Below, one piece after another: positions 1-8,555 of a DNA stretch of 64,000 bases (its first letter is position 1; every line of letters begins with the position of its first letter). The stretch is taken from NCBI GenBank assembly GCA_963771175.1, contig CAVYSY010000003.1, positions 64,001 through 128,000 on the forward strand. The letters run 5' to 3'. The DNA is from an uncultured delta proteobacterium (lineage in GTDB: Bacteria > Myxococcota > Myxococcia > Myxococcales > Myxococcaceae). The position numbers and the translations under genes were made by a program. The notes beneath the pieces are model-generated. The model was not told the DNA's origin and made no database searches. It was given only the letters and a program-made list of their open reading frames with translations.

Positions 1-1
1 C

Positions 2-340
2 CTCGCCCTGACCCTGTTCCTTCCCCTGGCCGCACGGGCCCAGGACGGGGGCCTCCAGGACGGGGGCAGCGTGTATGACCTCCCGGACGCCTCGGTGGGC
101 TCAGGGGGGGCGGACCGCGACAACCCGGAGGGTGACGACGCCACGGGCCGACCTGGTGGGTCCTGCCAGAGCGGGGCCGACTGCGCGACGCGCTTCAGTT
201 GCTCGCAGGGCCGGTGCCGTTACACGGGCATCCGCCAGGCCGAGCGCGTGGGGTGCCTGCTGGGCCCGGAGGACACCCTGGCGGTGGTGGGACTGGGACT
301 GGTGGTGGCGGCGCGAAGGCGCGGCCGGGAGGGGCGATGA
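2..340 (+). CDS. Small secreted Cys-containing protein with MYXO-CTERM-like C-terminal sorting signal (5'-truncated by window edge)
   Basis: Frame is open from base 2 (LALTLFLPLAARAQDGG..., signal-peptide-like). It ends GC-hydrophobic stretch-RRR (GCLLGPEDTLAVVGLGLVVAARRR). The TGA overlaps the next ATG (ATGA 337-340). Confidence 0.7.
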   Translation, partial: LALTLFLPLAARAQDGGLQDGGSVYDLPDASVGSGGADRDNPEGDDATGRPGGSCQSGADCATRFSCSQGRCRYTGIRQAERVGCLLGPEDTLAVVGLGLVVAARRRGREGR

Positions 341-1377
341 GGCTCGGGCTCAAGGCGGACAACCTCCTGGAGCGGCTGGCGGACTGGTTGAACCTGGCCC
401 CGCAACCGCTGGCGCACGCCTTCTTCGGGATGATGGCGGCGCGCACGCTCATGGCCGGGGAGCGGCTGGGGTTGTACACGGCGCTCGCCGACGGCTCGGC
501 CACGGTGGAGGAATTGGCGGCGCGGCTGAAGCTGTCCCCGGAGGGCACGCGGGCGCTGCTGGAGGCACTCGAGGCCTGCGAGGCGGTGGAGCGCAAGAAG
601 GGCCGCTACCGGATGGCGGACCGGGCCCGGCGCTGGTTGGACCCGCGCTCACCGCAGTACGTGGGCGGCTTCCTGGACTTCAACTACACCCAATGGGACT
701 GGTGGAGCCACCTGGAGGAGGCCGTGCGCACGGGGGAGGCGGTGGACATCCATCGCTTCTCCCCGGATGACCCGCGCTGGCGCTCCTATATCCACGCCAT
801 GCACCAGATGGCGCGACTGTCGGCGCCCGAGGTGGTGCGGCACATCCCCCTGCCCCGGGGAGCGCGACAGGTGTTGGACCTCGGGGGCGCGCACGGCTGG
901 TTCGCCGCGGAGCTGTGCCGCCGGCATCGGGGATTGAAGGCCACGGTGCTGGACCTGGAGGGCAGCGTGCGGGTGGGGCGGGAAATCATCTTCCGGGCTG
1001 GCCTGTCTCACCTGGTGACACACCGCGAGGGGGACCTGCTCACCTCGGAGCTGGGAGGGCCGTACGACGCGGTGCTGCTCTTCCAGGTGGTGCACCACCT
1101 GACGCCCGCGCAGAACGTGGCGCTGCTGCGCCGGGTGCGCACCGCGCTGACGCACAAGGGGACGCTGGCGGTGCTGGAGTACCTGCGCGAGGACGAGGAG
1201 AAGCCCGCGAGCGCCGCTCCGCTCATCGGCCTGCACTACTTCCTCACCTCGAAGGCGGCGGCGTACACGCCAGCGGAGATAGAAGGCTTCCTGGACGACG
1301 CGGGCTTCCGCATCGAGAGCGCCAGGCCGGTGCGCCACCTGCCGCTGCAGACGCTCATCATCGCCCGCCCCGAGTAA
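337..1377 (+). CDS. SAM-dependent O-methyltransferase (family 2, N-terminal dimerisation domain)
   Basis: Motif I VLDLGGAHG, GDLL motif, N-terminal winged-helix-like EELAARLKL; ATG at 337 is coupled to the upstream stop. Confidence 0.85.
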   Translation: MRLGLKADNLLERLADWLNLAPQPLAHAFFGMMAARTLMAGERLGLYTALADGSATVEELAARLKLSPEGTRALLEALEACEAVERKKGRYRMADRARRWLDPRSPQYVGGFLDFNYTQWDWWSHLEEAVRTGEAVDIHRFSPDDPRWRSYIHAMHQMARLSAPEVVRHIPLPRGARQVLDLGGAHGWFAAELCRRHRGLKATVLDLEGSVRVGREIIFRAGLSHLVTHREGDLLTSELGGPYDAVLLFQVVHHLTPAQNVALLRRVRTALTHKGTLAVLEYLREDEEKPASAAPLIGLHYFLTSKAAAYTPAEIEGFLDDAGFRIESARPVRHLPLQTLIIARPE

Positions 1378-1505
1378 CTGCACGCCGTAGGCCCTCCAGG
1401 CAGGCGACAGGGCGGCCGCCAATGCATGGCTCCTGTCCGACCGTCAACGGGCCTCTTACAATAAGGATGCGGTGTGCATCCGCTGCGCTACCCTGCGAGG
1501 CACCG

Positions 1506-2849
1506 ATGATGGTGCCTAATTCGACCACCGCGACCGAGATGCAGGACCCGCCGCCGCTCGTCGTCGAGCTGGATGGCGTGCTCGCACACACGGACACCCT
1601 GCACGAGGGGCTGCTGCGACTGCACAAGCGCCAGCCCCACCTGATTCCGGCGGTGCTGGCCTGGAGCCTCAAGGGCCGGGCCTTCCTGCGGGCCGAGGTC
1701 GCGCGGCGGGTGGAACTGGACGTTACGCGGCTACCCTATGACGAAGCGCTGGTGACCCGGCTCTCCGAGGAGAAGGCCCGCGGGCGCCGGCTGGTGCTCG
1801 CCACGACCGCGGACCAGCGGGTAGCGGAGGCGGTGGCGGCACACCTGGGCCTCTTCGACGCGGTCCACGCGGGTGATGGCACCCAGGAGCTGTCCGGCGC
1901 GCACCGCGAGGCCCGGCTGCGGGAGTTGCTCGGCGAGCGCTACGAGGAGGCCCGCCGCTCCCCTCCCTCCCGCTCGTTCCCCCGCGCGCTGCTCAAGGCG
2001 CTGCGGGTGCACCAGTGGGCCAAGAACGTGCTCGTCTTCGTGCCGCTGCTCGCCGCGCACAAGGCCCAGCACCTGCCGATGCTCCTCCAGGCGCTGCTGG
2101 GCTTCGCCTCCTTCAGCCTGTGCGCCTCCAGCGTGTACGTGCTGAACGACCTGTTGGACCTGGACTCGGACCGCAAGCACCCCACCAAGCGCCGGCGACC
2201 CTTCGCGTCGGGAGACCTGTCGGTCCGCACCGGCCTCTGGATGGCCCCGGTGCTGCTGGCGGCCGGAGCGGCGGTGGCGCTGCTGCTGCCGATCGAGTTC
2301 CTGGCGCTGCTGGCCACCTACTACGCCATCACCCTGGCGTACTCGCTCTACCTCAAGCAGGTGATGATGATGGACGTGCTGGTGCTCGCCGGGCTGTACA
2401 CGGTGCGCATCTTCGGCGGCTCCCTGGCGGTGGGCGTGCCCACCTCGAGCTGGCTCCTCACCTTCTCCATGTTCCTCTTCCTCTCGCTCGCGCTGGTGAA
2501 ACGGCTCAGCGAGGTGCGCCGGCTGCGGCTGGCCAACGAGGCGACGGCGCCAGGGCGCGGGTACGTGGCCGGAGACTACGAGCAGCTCGCGAGTCTCGGC
2601 GTGTCGAGCGGCTTCCTGTCCGTGCTGGTGCTCGCGCTCTACATCACCAGCAAGGAAGTGACGGCGATCTACCTCCACCCAGAGCGCCTGTGGCTGCTGT
2701 GTCCGGTGATGATGTACTGGGTGGGGCGGGTGTGGATGCTCGCGCACCGCGGCGAGGTGAACGAGGATCCGCTCGTCTTCGCGCTGAAGGACAAAGTGAG
2801 CTACGCGGTGGGGCTCCTCGCCGCGGGCGTGTTGCTGGTGGCGACCTGA
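1506..2849 (+). CDS. UbiA-family prenyltransferase, decaprenyl-phosphate phosphoribosyltransferase (DPPR synthase)-like, with N-terminal HAD-like domain
   Basis: ALRVHQWAKN, YVLNDLLDLDSDRKHPTKRRRPFASG, multiple TM helices, C-terminal EDPLVFALKD. N-terminal VVELDGVLAHTD is a degenerate HAD motif. Confidence 0.85.
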   Translation: MMVPNSTTATEMQDPPPLVVELDGVLAHTDTLHEGLLRLHKRQPHLIPAVLAWSLKGRAFLRAEVARRVELDVTRLPYDEALVTRLSEEKARGRRLVLATTADQRVAEAVAAHLGLFDAVHAGDGTQELSGAHREARLRELLGERYEEARRSPPSRSFPRALLKALRVHQWAKNVLVFVPLLAAHKAQHLPMLLQALLGFASFSLCASSVYVLNDLLDLDSDRKHPTKRRRPFASGDLSVRTGLWMAPVLLAAGAAVALLLPIEFLALLATYYAITLAYSLYLKQVMMMDVLVLAGLYTVRIFGGSLAVGVPTSSWLLTFSMFLFLSLALVKRLSEVRRLRLANEATAPGRGYVAGDYEQLASLGVSSGFLSVLVLALYITSKEVTAIYLHPERLWLLCPVMMYWVGRVWMLAHRGEVNEDPLVFALKDKVSYAVGLLAAGVLLVAT

Positions 2850-2852
2850 GGT

Positions 2853-4199
2853 GTGACGGACATGGGCTCTGAGTTGCAATCCTGGGGACGGTACCCGCAT
2901 GTGGCGGAGCAGCGGATGCTGCCCGTCACGTGGGCCTCGGACACCCTGCCGGTGCCGGCGGATGGAGGCAAGCTGCTGCCGTACGGGCAGGGCCGGAGCT
3001 ATGGCGACTCGTGCCTCAACGCGGGCGGCGCGCTGCTGACGACGGCGCGGATGGACCGCTTCCTCGACTTCGACCCGGCCACGGGCGTGCTGCGCTGCGA
3101 GTCGGGCGTCACGCTGGACGCCATCCTCCGGCTGGTGTCGTGGCAGGGCTGGTTCCTCCCGGTGACGCCGGGCACGAAGTTCGTGAGCGTGGGCGGGGCC
3201 ATCGCCAACGACGTCCACGGGAAGAACCACCACCGGGCGGGCACCTTCGGACGGCACGTGCGGCGCTTCGAGCTGGTGCGCTCGGACGGCTCGCGGCGGG
3301 TGTGCTCGCCCCAGGAGAACAAGGACTATTACGAGGCCACCATCGGCGGCCTCGGGCTGACGGGCCTCATCACCTGGGCGGAGATCCAGCTCCGGCGGAT
3401 GAGCAACCCGTACATCCTCCAGGAGACCATCCCCTTCGCCAACCTGGACGGCTTCCTCTCGCTGGCGCACGAGTCCGAGAAGGACTTCGAGTTCACCGTG
3501 GCGTGGATCGACAGCCTGGGCAAGGGGCAGAGCCTGGGCAAGGGCCTGTTCTACCGGGGCAACCACGCGCCGCCGCAGTTCGACGCGGTGCCGCTGTCCC
3601 AGAGCCACCTGTCGCGCCAGGGCGGCGGGCTGGCGGTGCCCTTCGACCTGCCGGGCTTCGCGCTCAACCGGCTGTCGGTGTCGGCCTTCAACTGGCTCTA
3701 CTACAACCGGCAGCGCGGCAAGGCGTCCGAGGGACTCGTCCACTACGACCCGTTCTTCTACCCGCTGGACAGCGTCCACCGGTGGAACCGCATCTACGGG
3801 CACCGGGGCTTCATGCAGTTCCAGTGCTTCGTGCCGGTGAGCGACACGGGCGTGGCGGCGCTGAGGGAGATCCTCGACCGCGCCCGCAGCGGCCTGCCGA
3901 GCTTCCTCACGGTGCTGAAGATGTTCGGCGACGTGGCCTCGCCGGGGTGGATGAGCTTCCCGCGGCGCGGGGTGACACTGGCGCTCGACTTCGCCAACCG
4001 GGGCGAGAAGACGTACCGGCTGCTGGAGGAATTGGACCGGGTGACGCGCCAGTCGGGCGGGCGGGTGTACCCGGCCAAGGACGCGCGGATGAGCCCGGAG
4101 AGCTTCGCGGCGTACTACCCGGAGCGCGAGCGCTTCGCGCGGTACGTGGACCCGGCGTTCTCATCATCGTTCTGGCGCCGTGTGAACGGGGCGGGGTAG
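2853..4199 (+). CDS. FAD-binding oxidoreductase, DprE1-like (decaprenylphosphoryl-ribose oxidase)
   Basis: GQGRSYGDS, PVTPGTKFVSVGGAIANDVHGKNHH, GGLGLTG, GGRVYPAKD motifs typical of the DprE1 family. Confidence 0.88.
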   Translation: MTDMGSELQSWGRYPHVAEQRMLPVTWASDTLPVPADGGKLLPYGQGRSYGDSCLNAGGALLTTARMDRFLDFDPATGVLRCESGVTLDAILRLVSWQGWFLPVTPGTKFVSVGGAIANDVHGKNHHRAGTFGRHVRRFELVRSDGSRRVCSPQENKDYYEATIGGLGLTGLITWAEIQLRRMSNPYILQETIPFANLDGFLSLAHESEKDFEFTVAWIDSLGKGQSLGKGLFYRGNHAPPQFDAVPLSQSHLSRQGGGLAVPFDLPGFALNRLSVSAFNWLYYNRQRGKASEGLVHYDPFFYPLDSVHRWNRIYGHRGFMQFQCFVPVSDTGVAALREILDRARSGLPSFLTVLKMFGDVASPGWMSFPRRGVTLALDFANRGEKTYRLLEELDRVTRQSGGRVYPAKDARMSPESFAAYYPERERFARYVDPAFSSSFWRRVNGAG

Positions 4200-4208
4200 A
4201 TGGGCCCC

Positions 4209-4949
4209 ATGATGAAGAAGGTCCTCGTTCTCGGCGCCACGAGCGCCATGGCCCAGGCGACGGTGCGGCTGCTCGCCGCGCGCGGCGCGTCCATGTACCT
4301 CGTGGGCCGCAACGCCGAGCGGCTGGAAGCGGTGGCGCAGGATGCCCGGACGCGGGGCGCCGCGAAGGTGGCCACCGAGGCGCTCGACCTGGACGATGTC
4401 ACCCAGCACGAGGCCCTGGTGGAGCGAGCCACCACCGCCCTCGGCGGCCTGGATGGGGCGCTGCTCGCTCACGGGATTCTGGGCGACCAGGAAGCCTCCC
4501 AGCGCGCGTACGCCGAGGCCGAGAAGGTCTTCCGCACCAACTTCCTGAGCGCGGTGTCCTTGCTGACGCCGCTGGCCAACCGCTTCGAGGCCCAGAAGGC
4601 CGGCACGCTGGTGGTCATCTCCTCGGTGGCGGGAGACCGCGGCCGGCAGAGCAACTACATCTACGGCGCCTCCAAGGGTGCGCTGAGCGTGTTCCTCCAG
4701 GGCCTGCGCAACCGGCTGGCGCGCTCGGGGGTGGCGGTGGTGACGGTGAAGCCGGGCTTCGTGGACACGCCGATGACGGCCGGCATGAAGAAGAACGCGC
4801 TCTTCGCCTCGCCCGAGAAGGTGGCCCGCGGCATCCTCCGGGCGGCGGACAAGCGCCGCAACGAGGTGTACCTGCCCGGCTTCTGGCGCCTCATCATGTT
4901 CATCATCCGCTCCATCCCCGAGGGCATCTTCAAGCGACTGAAGCTGTAG
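4209..4949 (+). CDS. Short-chain dehydrogenase/reductase, DprE2-like
   Basis: VLVLGATSAMA, SSVAGDRGRQSNYIYGASK (YxxxK), KPGFVDTPMT; directly follows the DprE1-like gene. Confidence 0.85.
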   Translation: MMKKVLVLGATSAMAQATVRLLAARGASMYLVGRNAERLEAVAQDARTRGAAKVATEALDLDDVTQHEALVERATTALGGLDGALLAHGILGDQEASQRAYAEAEKVFRTNFLSAVSLLTPLANRFEAQKAGTLVVISSVAGDRGRQSNYIYGASKGALSVFLQGLRNRLARSGVAVVTVKPGFVDTPMTAGMKKNALFASPEKVARGILRAADKRRNEVYLPGFWRLIMFIIRSIPEGIFKRLKL

Positions 4950-5160
4950 GTGCCGGTGGCACCGCTCTCGACAGGACGAGGAGCAGGCAAGCACCCTGCC
5001 CTCCCCGGGTCAGGTGGGAGTATCCACCCCTGAAACCCCACCCGGCGCCGTGCCGCCCAAGCAGAGGGAAAGGTGATAGCGTCCACCGAGTGGACGTGGC
5101 CGTGCCCCCCGACCGCCACGTATACCGCCCGCGTCACCGCTCCGCCCTGGGCCTTCAATC

Positions 5161-6960
5161 ATGGCGTTCTTGAAATCATCGAGCAGCAGCAACCGCTCCC
5201 TACCCAGCCGCATTGATGCGCTCATGCGCGCGTGCGCGATGCCCCTGGCGCCCTTCGTCGCCTACCTGCTGGGGATGCTGCTGGGGCTCCAGGGAGACCA
5301 GGTTCCGAGCGCCGTCATCTGGCTGCTGCCGCCGACGATCGGCGTCTGGGGAGTGCTCTTCCCGCTGATCATCATCCACTACTTCCACCGGACCGCGCTC
5401 CGCTCGAATCCGAACGATCCCCCCGGCCTGCGCCTGGCCCGCATCCTCAAGATGCCCTGGCGCATCGCCTTCTACAACATGGTGGGCTCCTACGGCTTTG
5501 GCGCGTCCTTCTTCTGCACGGGCGTCTGCCTGTGGTTCGACAAGAGCCTGTGGCTGGTGCTCTGGGGCACCCTCATCGGCGTGGCGGTGGGACTGCTGCT
5601 GGCCTTCCCCGCCGGCATCACCATGGAGCGCTGGGTGCAGCCGCTGGCCCTCGAGGAGCAGGGGCGCCATCCCCACCTGCGCGTGATGAGCAGCGGCTTC
5701 TTCTGGCCGCGGCAGTCCTGGTTCCTGCCCTACGCCTTCGCCGTCTGCGTGCTCTCGCTCATCCTCCTGGGCGGCGTCACGGTGGGCGTGCAGACCACCA
5801 ACGTCCAGCGCCGCTACATCGAAGACCTCCAGGCCACCGGCCAGCACCAGGCGGCCGCGATGCTGGAGGGGCTGAGCTTCTCGCTCCTGTCCGAGCTGAG
5901 CATCCCCGTGGCCGTGCTGGCCCTCGTGCTGCTCGCCCTCGCCATCCTCTCCGCGTGGATGCTGGCGCGCCGCCAGGAGAGCGGCTCGCTGGCGGTGCTG
6001 CGCGCCATCGAGGGCCTCTCCGTGGGCAAGGTGCGCCCGCCCCAGTGGGTGTCCACCGATGAGATCGGCGACCTGGCCTTCGGCCTCAACGCCATCACCC
6101 TGCAGCTCAGCGCCCTGCCCCGCACGCTGCAGCAATCCGCCACCCAGCTCGTCGAGGCCGGTGCCACCCTGCGCCAGGCCAACGACGCCCAGCGCCGCGC
6201 CCTCACCACCCAGGCCACCGCCATCCAGGAGACCAACGTCACCGCGCAGGAAATCAAGCAGACCTCCAACCTCACCGCCCAGCGGGCCGAGGAGGTGCTG
6301 CACGTGGTGCGTCACGCCGAGGAGCTCAGCCGCTTGGGCACCAGCGCCCTGGAGCAGACCAGCGCCGGCTTCAGCGCCATCCGCGACTCGGTGTTCGCCA
6401 TCCGCGGCAGGATGGAGCGCCTGCAGGCCAGCGCCCTGCAGATTGGCGAAATCACCCAGACGGTGAAGGACCTGGCCGACCAGTCCAACATGCTCGCGCT
6501 CAACGCCGCCATCGAGGCGGTGCGCTCGGGCGAGCACGGCAAGGGCTTCGGCGTGGTGGCCCGCGAAATCCGCCTCCTGGCCGATCAGTCCATCCGCGCC
6601 ACCGCCCGCATCCGCACCATCCTCGACGAGGTGGGCAACGCCATCGACGACGCCGTCTCCATGACGGACGTGGGCTCCGCCCAGGTGGAGGGCGGCCTGG
6701 ACAAGGTGCGCACCTCCGAGGAGAGCCTCCACCAGCTCTCACAGATGGTGAAGGAGAGCTCCACGGCCGTGACTCAAATCACCGTCGCCGTGAGCCAGCA
6801 GAACGCCGGCTTCACTCAAATCTTCAACGCCGTCGCCGACCTGTCCCACAGCATGGACGCCGCCATGGAGCGCCTGGAATCCACCCAGGAGGCGGCGCAG
6901 ACCCTCCAGAACGTCTCCGCCCAGGTCACCCGCGTGGCCGGCCAGTACCATTTGGAATAG
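5161..6960 (+). CDS. Methyl-accepting chemotaxis protein (multi-TM sensor, HAMP, signalling domain)
   Basis: Conserved hairpin QSNMLALNAAIEAVRSGEHGKGFGVVAREIRLLADQS; HAMP-like DEIGDL; several N-terminal TM segments. Confidence 0.92.
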   Translation: MAFLKSSSSSNRSLPSRIDALMRACAMPLAPFVAYLLGMLLGLQGDQVPSAVIWLLPPTIGVWGVLFPLIIIHYFHRTALRSNPNDPPGLRLARILKMPWRIAFYNMVGSYGFGASFFCTGVCLWFDKSLWLVLWGTLIGVAVGLLLAFPAGITMERWVQPLALEEQGRHPHLRVMSSGFFWPRQSWFLPYAFAVCVLSLILLGGVTVGVQTTNVQRRYIEDLQATGQHQAAAMLEGLSFSLLSELSIPVAVLALVLLALAILSAWMLARRQESGSLAVLRAIEGLSVGKVRPPQWVSTDEIGDLAFGLNAITLQLSALPRTLQQSATQLVEAGATLRQANDAQRRALTTQATAIQETNVTAQEIKQTSNLTAQRAEEVLHVVRHAEELSRLGTSALEQTSAGFSAIRDSVFAIRGRMERLQASALQIGEITQTVKDLADQSNMLALNAAIEAVRSGEHGKGFGVVAREIRLLADQSIRATARIRTILDEVGNAIDDAVSMTDVGSAQVEGGLDKVRTSEESLHQLSQMVKESSTAVTQITVAVSQQNAGFTQIFNAVADLSHSMDAAMERLESTQEAAQTLQNVSAQVTRVAGQYHLE

Positions 6961-7034
6961 CCCGGCGTGCGACAGCCGTGTATTGTAACGCGTCGTGTCA
7001 TTCTTAAGTTCCATTATTGCACGAAAATTCCAGG

Positions 7035-7064
7035 TTGACCGGACGTGGCTCAGGTCTGTAGTAT
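7035..7064 (+). promoter_or_regulatory. Possible sigma-70-type promoter of the ACP-PKS-FAAL operon
   Basis: TTGACC-N18-TAGTAT within an AT-rich intergenic stretch, 66 nt upstream of the ACP ATG. Confidence 0.35.
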
Positions 7065-7129
7065 CCCTTCTTGGTTGGAGAGGGGGGCATCACTCGAAGG
7101 CTCGCTCGTCCCCACGGCGGGAGGTCCAC

Positions 7130-7453
7130 ATGCATCGGCAGGAGATCCTCGACAACGTCCGCAACATCATCCTGGCCACCAACAGTGGCCTGTTCCCGGA
7201 TGATGTGAGCGAGTTCGCCTCCATGACGTATGATCTGGGCATGGACTCCTTCCATCTGGAGTCGATGATTTCCCGGCTGAAGGACGAAGTGGCGGACATC
7301 GAGTTCACCCCCTGGTACATCAAGGCCTCGCGTCGCGGTCACGACACGGTGGGCAGCCTCGTGGACTTCATCGACGAGCGCCTGTGCGCAGATCGCCCCC
7401 GCGCGGAGCGCCATGGCCTCGGACTCCCACGCCAGCGTCCAGAACACGCTTGA
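7130..7453 (+). CDS. Acyl carrier protein
   Basis: DLGMDSF phosphopantetheine-attachment motif, TVGSLVDFI C-terminal helix, GGAGG RBS; upstream of a type III PKS and FAAL. Confidence 0.75.
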   Translation: MHRQEILDNVRNIILATNSGLFPDDVSEFASMTYDLGMDSFHLESMISRLKDEVADIEFTPWYIKASRRGHDTVGSLVDFIDERLCADRPRAERHGLGLPRQRPEHA

Positions 7454-7465
7454 CGTGGAGGCGGC

Positions 7466-8527
7466 ATGACCCAGGCAGTACCCGCGCGTAGACCCACCCT
7501 GCTCTCCATCGCCTCGGCGGTCCCTCCGCTCTCGCTCACCCAGGACGAGATGTACGAGGGGCTGCTGAAGCATTGGTACAAGAACATCCCCAACGCCGAG
7601 CGCATCATCAAGAACACCGGGGTGCGCCAGCGGCACTTCGCGTGGGACCCGCGCGTGGAGCTCAAGGAGGGCAACCGCGGGGTGGGTGACCGCGTGCGCG
7701 TCTACGAGCGCGTGGGCCTCGAGGTGACCGGCGAGTCCGTGGAGAAGGCGCTCGGGAACCTGGACCGCTCCAAGGTGGGCGCCTTCACGATGACCACCAA
7801 CTCGGGCTACTCGGGCCCGGGGTTGGACCTGTTCATCTCCAAGAAGCTCGGGCTGCGCTCCAGCATCCGCCGTACCTTCGTGGGGCACATGGGCTGCTTC
7901 GCGGCCTTCCCCGTCATGCGGGTGGCCCTGGACAGCATCGCCGCGCGCCCCGACGAGTACGTCATCGCCAACGCCTCGGAGTTCAGCTCGCTGCAGTTCC
8001 GCAATGACCCGAACCCGGAGCAGGCCGTCATCATGGGCCTGTTCGGCGACGCCACCTGCACGATGGTGCTCGGCAGCGCCCCGGACGGCGAGGGCATCCA
8101 GTTCATCCGCTCGCACACCGAGCAGCTCTACGACACCTACGAGCTGATGGGCTGGAACATGCAGAACGACGGGTTCCAGATGACCCTGTCGCCCTACGTG
8201 CCCTTCGTGCTCGCCGAGCACATCGACGCCTTCCTGGAGAAGCTGCTCGGCCCGGAGAAGCTGGGCGTCGGGGACATCAAGCACTGGCTCATCCACCCGG
8301 GCGGCCCGAAGATCCTCGAGGCCCTCGCCAAACAGCTCAAGCTGGACAAGTCGCGGATGCGCGCGAGCTGGCACGTACTGAGCGAGTACGGCAACTGCGG
8401 CTGCACCACCGCGCTGCTCGTGCTGGAAGAGGCGCTGAAGACGGACAAGCCCCAGCGCGGCGAGTACGGCGTGATGATGGGGTTCGGCCCCGGCCTCACC
8501 GTCGAGGCCATGCTGGTCCGTTTCTGA
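7466..8527 (+). CDS. Type III polyketide synthase (copy 1)
   Basis: Catalytic Cys-His-Asn contexts HMGCFAA, IHPGGPKIL, YGNCG; also LFGDA and GFGPGLTVE. Confidence 0.92.
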   Translation: MTQAVPARRPTLLSIASAVPPLSLTQDEMYEGLLKHWYKNIPNAERIIKNTGVRQRHFAWDPRVELKEGNRGVGDRVRVYERVGLEVTGESVEKALGNLDRSKVGAFTMTTNSGYSGPGLDLFISKKLGLRSSIRRTFVGHMGCFAAFPVMRVALDSIAARPDEYVIANASEFSSLQFRNDPNPEQAVIMGLFGDATCTMVLGSAPDGEGIQFIRSHTEQLYDTYELMGWNMQNDGFQMTLSPYVPFVLAEHIDAFLEKLLGPEKLGVGDIKHWLIHPGGPKILEALAKQLKLDKSRMRASWHVLSEYGNCGCTTALLVLEEALKTDKPQRGEYGVMMGFGPGLTVEAMLVRF

Positions 8528-8555
8528 GTCGGTTCTCCACCAAGGACAGACATCG

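Noticed and set aside
1506..2849. UbiA protein as an aromatic prenyltransferase tailoring the type III PKS product
   Set aside because: Its motifs and operon partners (DprE1/DprE2-like) indicate a phosphoribosyl-polyprenyl synthase, and an MCP separates it from the PKS.
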